Virus record (IMG/VR): IMGVR_UViG_3300016464_000385
Source: an uncultured virus (IMG/VR IMGVR_UViG_3300016464_000385)
Lineage: Duplodnaviria > Heunggongvirae > Uroviricota > Caudoviricetes
Length of the DNA: 64,000 bases
Direction: 5' to 3' (one strand)
The position numbers and the translations under genes were made by a program. Below, piece after piece: positions 59,525 through 64,000 of this stretch. The notes beneath the pieces are model-generated. The model worked only from the letters and a program-made list of their open reading frames with translations, searched no databases and was not told where the DNA came from. Positions within the stretch are counted from its first letter, which is position 1. The number at the start of each line of letters is the position of its first letter.

Positions 59525-60886
59525 ATGAGAACTATAGTAGCGAAAGAACAAATAAATTGCGAACATTTACTGGGACAATTTTTAGACGAATCCCATTATG
59601 ATGAACTTATTGACGAAGATTGTGATTTTTTTGCTCCACCTTCGTGCGGTATAGAAGAAAGAACTGAATGCGGCGATCTAAATTGCTCATCTTGTCCGAA
59701 AGGTATTGACGAAGATAAAGTTATTTTTATTTTAAGGAAAAATTTCTTTACCGAAGAAGAACAATTAAATGCTCTAGAAGGTTTAAAAGGAGCTGCCTGT
59801 CAATCTCAAAATAGGGGAATGGCTGCTGGTCCAAGAGGAGAAAAACTTCAAGGGAGAGATTGGGTTACTGAATATCAATTGGAAGTTTTGGATCATTTTC
59901 TTAACCCCGTTCAAAATTTATTCGGCGAAGACGTTCTTGAAGAAATAAAATCAAAATTTTCAAAAGGCGAACAAGACCCTTCCGTAAGAGGGTTTGTTTG
60001 GTTGACTTCTAAGGTAAAAGAAGATGGATTTATTTTTGATGATTGGGTTGATTATATCAAAACTTGCTCTCCGGAAGAACAGAAAAAGAGCGCTCTTTTG
60101 GTTAAATCGTATATTTCCGATACAAACTACGCTGTTCCGGTTTTTTCTGGCGTAGCTGGTTGGTTTGATAGATATCCTAGAATTCCATATGGAAGAGCGA
60201 CTTCTTACACAGAAAAGAATCCAGAAAAATTTGCGAAGGCTTATCCATTTTTTCAAAAATTATCAAAAGCGTTTTCCGACCTTCTTCCGCGAAGATGGGG
60301 ATTTCAAAAATCTTGCGTGGATAAATTGGATCCTGCATTTCATGTTCCTGAAACCGTTTTCACTACTATTACAGTAAATAAATCATTCAGAACAGCAGCA
60401 CATAGAGATGCTGGCGACCTACACGAAGGGTTTAGTAATTTATCAGTTCTGACTAACGGAAAAAATTATTCCGGAGGATACTTGGTTCTTCCTGAGTTCA
60501 GGGTTGCTGTGAACGTCAGACCAGGGGATTTATTGTTGATCAATAATCATTTTGGGATTCATGGCAACACCCCAATCATATTAGAAGAAGAAGGCGCAGA
60601 AAGATATTCGGTCGTTTGTTATTTTAGAGAAAAAATGCTTGAATTAGGATCGAAAAAATATGAAGATTGCAGATACAATTTCATAGAATTTAGAAGATTG
60701 AATAAAGAACATAAAGAATGGAGGCCATTATGGAACGGTATTTCTGCATCTATGTGGGAAAGTGAAGAATGGTTGGATTATTTGTTATCAGCTGATGATG
60801 GGGAAGAAATGGCCAAAAAATACCAAAAATCTTTATATGACAATAGATTCTCCAAAAATACTTTCATAGAAGATTTATTTAATTGA
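59525..60886 (+). CDS. TET/JBP-family 2-oxoglutarate/Fe(II) dioxygenase
   Basis: FTTITVN..FRTAAHRDAGD (HxD), GG.L..PE, GDLLL, HGNT, R.S.VCYFRE. Confidence 0.85.
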   Translation: MRTIVAKEQINCEHLLGQFLDESHYDELIDEDCDFFAPPSCGIEERTECGDLNCSSCPKGIDEDKVIFILRKNFFTEEEQLNALEGLKGAACQSQNRGMAAGPRGEKLQGRDWVTEYQLEVLDHFLNPVQNLFGEDVLEEIKSKFSKGEQDPSVRGFVWLTSKVKEDGFIFDDWVDYIKTCSPEEQKKSALLVKSYISDTNYAVPVFSGVAGWFDRYPRIPYGRATSYTEKNPEKFAKAYPFFQKLSKAFSDLLPRRWGFQKSCVDKLDPAFHVPETVFTTITVNKSFRTAAHRDAGDLHEGFSNLSVLTNGKNYSGGYLVLPEFRVAVNVRPGDLLLINNHFGIHGNTPIILEEEGAERYSVVCYFREKMLELGSKKYEDCRYNFIEFRRLNKEHKEWRPLWNGISASMWESEEWLDYLLSADDGEEMAKKYQKSLYDNRFSKNTFIEDLFN

Positions 60887-60887
60887 T

Positions 60888-61577
60888 ATGTGCGGAGTTA
60901 TTGGAGCGTTTTTGATACACCCTACTGAAGAAGATTTGCTTTCGGTAAGTAGGGTTTTTATACAAACTAAAATTAGGGGATTGCATGCAACCGGAGTTTC
61001 ATTTATAAAAAATGAAAAAATTCATACAATAAAAGAACCCATCCCTTCGGATATATTTTTTGAAAAATATAAAATATATGATTTTCTTAATGAAGATGGA
61101 AATTTGTATTTGATCGGTCATTGTAGATATAGTACAAGTAATTTAATATATAACCAACCAATTTCCGACGATAATATTTCAATAGTACATAATGGGGTAA
61201 TAACTCAAGAAAATTATGAAAATTGGGAATCTATGTACGGATATACTTGTATTACTGCAAATGATTCAGAATTGGTATTGCGTTCTATATTAGACGAAAA
61301 ACCTCCATTGTTACGTTGGTTTGATTCTTCTATGGCTGTTTGTGAATTGCGCAAGAATAAAACAATTGGGTTTTATAGAAACGGAAAAAGACCACTTTAC
61401 TATACTAAATTGATAAATGGGTTTATAATAACCTCCACGGAAAATATAGCAAAACGGTCGAATTTAAACGGAAAAATTTCAAAAACTGAATTATCCGTAC
61501 ATTATTTTTATGATGGAAAAACATTCAGTTTAAATTCTTTTAATGAAAATAATATCTTTCAGGAATTACAAATATGA
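60888..61577 (+). CDS. Class II (Ntn) glutamine amidotransferase
   Basis: N-terminal MCGVIG, RG.HATG, GHCRYST, NQP, HNGVI, NDSE, RN..RPL. Confidence 0.88.
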   Translation: MCGVIGAFLIHPTEEDLLSVSRVFIQTKIRGLHATGVSFIKNEKIHTIKEPIPSDIFFEKYKIYDFLNEDGNLYLIGHCRYSTSNLIYNQPISDDNISIVHNGVITQENYENWESMYGYTCITANDSELVLRSILDEKPPLLRWFDSSMAVCELRKNKTIGFYRNGKRPLYYTKLINGFIITSTENIAKRSNLNGKISKTELSVHYFYDGKTFSLNSFNENNIFQELQI

Positions 61578-62542
61578 AATATCCAATCAAAGAATGGTCA
61601 TATGGAGTGGAATTGGAATATGGGAATTGTTATAGATTTTGCGAATTACCTGAAGGGGCCAAATGGAACGATAAAGATAATACTTGCGTTAGCTCTACTG
61701 GTATTGCAAACGATCCAGAAGGAATTTTATACAAATATGGCGGAGAAATAAACACAAACCCGACGTTTGATATAGAAGAACAAGTTCGTCATATTCAAAA
61801 GATAAACGAATGTCTTTATCCAGCCCCTATTGTTAATTATAGAAGTAATTTACATATACATATTAGAGTTCCCGGATTACATGAATCTTTAGATGATTGT
61901 AAAAAATTATTAAGATACATTGATACATACCAACAACAAGCGTTTGATATTGTGGAATATATTCCAGTACCAAATAAATCTGTTTTGTTTCCAGAAGTTT
62001 ATGAATGGGAATTAAAAAGGATGAAAAGAAGATTAAAATCACATCAATATAAACTTCCAAAAAATAGAGTTCAAGCTATGCTCAATGCTGATTCAACAAC
62101 AGAATTTTACGAAGAACATGCTCCACTGACTGAAAAAGGTAGAATGTGGTATTTTAGCCCAAGAGCTGGTATAAATTTGAGGCAAATGTGGGAAGAAAGT
62201 AATACGATTGAATTCAGACATTTCCCAGGAACTTTAGATGCAACAGAGATGCGGTCTTGTATTACTTGGTGTCAACAATTTCTTGATTCTATTTTAAATT
62301 CGCAAGAAGAATTAACCCCCCGCGAAATTTATATGAATGGTTCGTATAAATTCCCTAAATTCCAACCTTATGAATTTGAAACGGAACAAGTATATCAATG
62401 GACCAATTTTGACACAAATACAAAAAAACAAATAAAATTCAGGTTGGATGAGTTACGCAGTTTTATAGATATAGATGACGTAAATAATGTTACATCAAAA
62501 CAAGTTTATGATATAATTTGTAAATTGAAAGAGGAGGGTTAG
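61574..62542 (+). CDS. Amidoligase (COOH-NH2 ligase, glutamine synthetase/GCS-like fold)
   Basis: YGVELE, D, GGEINT.P, HIHI, TIEFRH. Confidence 0.8.
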   Translation: MKYPIKEWSYGVELEYGNCYRFCELPEGAKWNDKDNTCVSSTGIANDPEGILYKYGGEINTNPTFDIEEQVRHIQKINECLYPAPIVNYRSNLHIHIRVPGLHESLDDCKKLLRYIDTYQQQAFDIVEYIPVPNKSVLFPEVYEWELKRMKRRLKSHQYKLPKNRVQAMLNADSTTEFYEEHAPLTEKGRMWYFSPRAGINLRQMWEESNTIEFRHFPGTLDATEMRSCITWCQQFLDSILNSQEELTPREIYMNGSYKFPKFQPYEFETEQVYQWTNFDTNTKKQIKFRLDELRSFIDIDDVNNVTSKQVYDIICKLKEEG

Positions 62543-62545
62543 ATA

Positions 62546-62977
62546 GTGAAAGTTTTATTTGTTTGTCATGGAAATATTAACAGAAGTGCTGCTGGAGAAA
62601 TTATTCTTAAGTCAATTAAACCCGAATGGGAAATTAAAAGCGCAGCACTAAAAGAAACAAAGGGGGGAGAGATCACAGCAAAAAAGATGAGAGATGCTTT
62701 ATGTGAACTTGGATATAAAACCGAGGGAATCAGATCAACCCCAATAAATCAGCAACTAGTCGATTGGGCCGATATTATATTTTACATGGATGATTCAAAT
62801 AAAAACAAACTGGAAGAGAAATTTGGACAACAAATTTTCAAAAAATCAATAAGAATTAGTAGCCTAATTGGTGTACCAAAAATACCAGATCCAAATTTCG
62901 CTAAAGATAATGAATTACATAAACAAGTTATTTCTATGTTGGAAAAAGCTTTGATTAATTACATAAATGTTGTATAA
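62546..62977 (+). CDS. Low-molecular-weight phosphatase (LMW-PTP/ArsC fold)
   Basis: VLFVCHGNINRS (CX5R), SA, WAD.I..MD, IPDP. Confidence 0.88.
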   Translation: MKVLFVCHGNINRSAAGEIILKSIKPEWEIKSAALKETKGGEITAKKMRDALCELGYKTEGIRSTPINQQLVDWADIIFYMDDSNKNKLEEKFGQQIFKKSIRISSLIGVPKIPDPNFAKDNELHKQVISMLEKALINYINVV

Positions 62978-63983
62978 TAAAAATAATAGAAGAGAATTAT
63001 TTATAAGGTGGTATGCTTGGTCTTTGAAGTATAAAGATTGCGATCCAGCTATTTGGTTAGCAAATTATCTTAACGAACGATTTGAACATAACATAGAACA
63101 AAAATATTGGTTTTCTTGGTTGTATGGAAATACATATAATTTACCAACAGCTTGGGTTATGTTCAATGAATTTCCAGATTACGAGTTAGTTACTCAAGAT
63201 AGAATATCTTGGTGGAATGAATCTAATTATAAAAGATTGAGATATCAAACTGATATGAAATACGAGAAAGGAAAATTGCCTGAAAAATTCAATTCGTATA
63301 AAAATTCTTTAGGTAATTCGCAACAAAAAGAATTTTTTTGTAATTTATATTTAGATAATGAAAAGCAAAATTTTGATAATATTTGGAAACATATAATAAA
63401 AAAATTTCACAGATTTGGTAGGTATTCAACTTGGTTTTATATGCAACAATTAAAGTCAACTTGCGGGTTGTTAATTGAACCTACGTCAATGATGTTAAAC
63501 GATTATTCTGGTTCCAAAAGTCATAGAAATGGTTTGTTGCTGGCTCTTGGAATGGATGAAAAATATAACGAGAAATTAACCATTTCTGAATATCTGTATT
63601 TAGAATCAGTTTGTGGAGAAATTTTAAAGGAAACAAGAGAAAGATTCCCTGAGTTGTCGGATGATATCAATCATTTTACTTTAGAGACTGTTTTGTGCTC
63701 TTTCAAAAAAATTTTCAGAAAGAAACACGGGAGATATCTTGGTTATTATTTAGATAGACAATCTGAAGAAATAATACAAATAGAAAAAGACGGATGGTTT
63801 GGTATTGATTGGGATGTTTTATGGCAAGCAAGAAACGAATGTCTTGATTTTAGAATTGCAGGGAAAAATTTAATAGAAGATTATAAATTTTCAGAATTCA
63901 TTGACAATGGATTTTTATCTAGAATGAACTGGATGTTTGACGACGAAAAAGAACTTAAGAATATTTTGGAGTATTTTGTATGA
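62967..63983 (+). CDS. Alpha-glutamyl/putrescinyl-thymine pyrophosphorylase clade 2 (amino acid:DNA transferase)
   Basis: DCDP, W..WLYG.TY, FGR.S.WFY.Q.L, SHRNGL, LET.LCSFKK, RY.GYY.DRQ (HhH-derived AADT pattern). Confidence 0.75.
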   Translation: MLYNKNNRRELFIRWYAWSLKYKDCDPAIWLANYLNERFEHNIEQKYWFSWLYGNTYNLPTAWVMFNEFPDYELVTQDRISWWNESNYKRLRYQTDMKYEKGKLPEKFNSYKNSLGNSQQKEFFCNLYLDNEKQNFDNIWKHIIKKFHRFGRYSTWFYMQQLKSTCGLLIEPTSMMLNDYSGSKSHRNGLLLALGMDEKYNEKLTISEYLYLESVCGEILKETRERFPELSDDINHFTLETVLCSFKKIFRKKHGRYLGYYLDRQSEEIIQIEKDGWFGIDWDVLWQARNECLDFRIAGKNLIEDYKFSEFIDNGFLSRMNWMFDDEKELKNILEYFV

Positions 63984-64000
63984 GAAAAATCATGGCTATT
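63980..64000 (+). CDS. Start of next operon gene (truncated at window edge)
   Basis: ATGA overlap with upstream stop; MRKIMAI... Confidence 0.6.

Noticed and set aside
1..64000. Stop-codon reassignment, CRISPR array, tandem repeats
   Set aside because: Core genes are full length in the standard code and end in TAA, TAG or TGA; no regularly spaced repeats were seen by eye

Overview
AT-rich segment of a large T4-like (myovirus) phage genome, read with the standard genetic code; almost all genes are on the minus strand. It contains the T4-like replication/recombination core in cyanophage-like order: gp3-uvsY-uvsW-gp55-gp47-gp46-gp45-gp44-gp62-regA-hsp20-gp43-uvsX-gp40-gp41. It also carries primase, thyX, mazG, nrdAB, RNase H, a late block (GH19 endolysin, virion and internal-head proteins) and host-like genes (FtsH, peptide deformylase, HAD phosphomannomutase). 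Two accessory systems stand out. (1) A divergent plus-strand operon at 59.5-64 kb encodes a TET/JBP dioxygenase, class II glutamine amidotransferase, amidoligase, LMW phosphatase and aGPT-pyrophosphorylase/amino acid:DNA transferase; it looks like a post-replicative thymine hypermodification pathway in a phage that makes ordinary dTMP via ThyX. (2) A ~21 kb, 23-gene nucleotide-sugar/glycosyltransferase island encodes GDP-fucose synthesis, a GT10, a 3,6-dideoxy plus TPP-dependent branched-sugar route and C-methyltransferases, behind one apparently leaderless sigma70-type promoter. Non-coding signals include a ROSE-like thermometer leader on hsp20, a twice-occurring back-to-back promoter element with an orphan antisense promoter, and a CsrA-type hairpin. 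All family calls come from motif recognition by eye, not database searches. No tRNA, rRNA, CRISPR array, intron or intein was seen.
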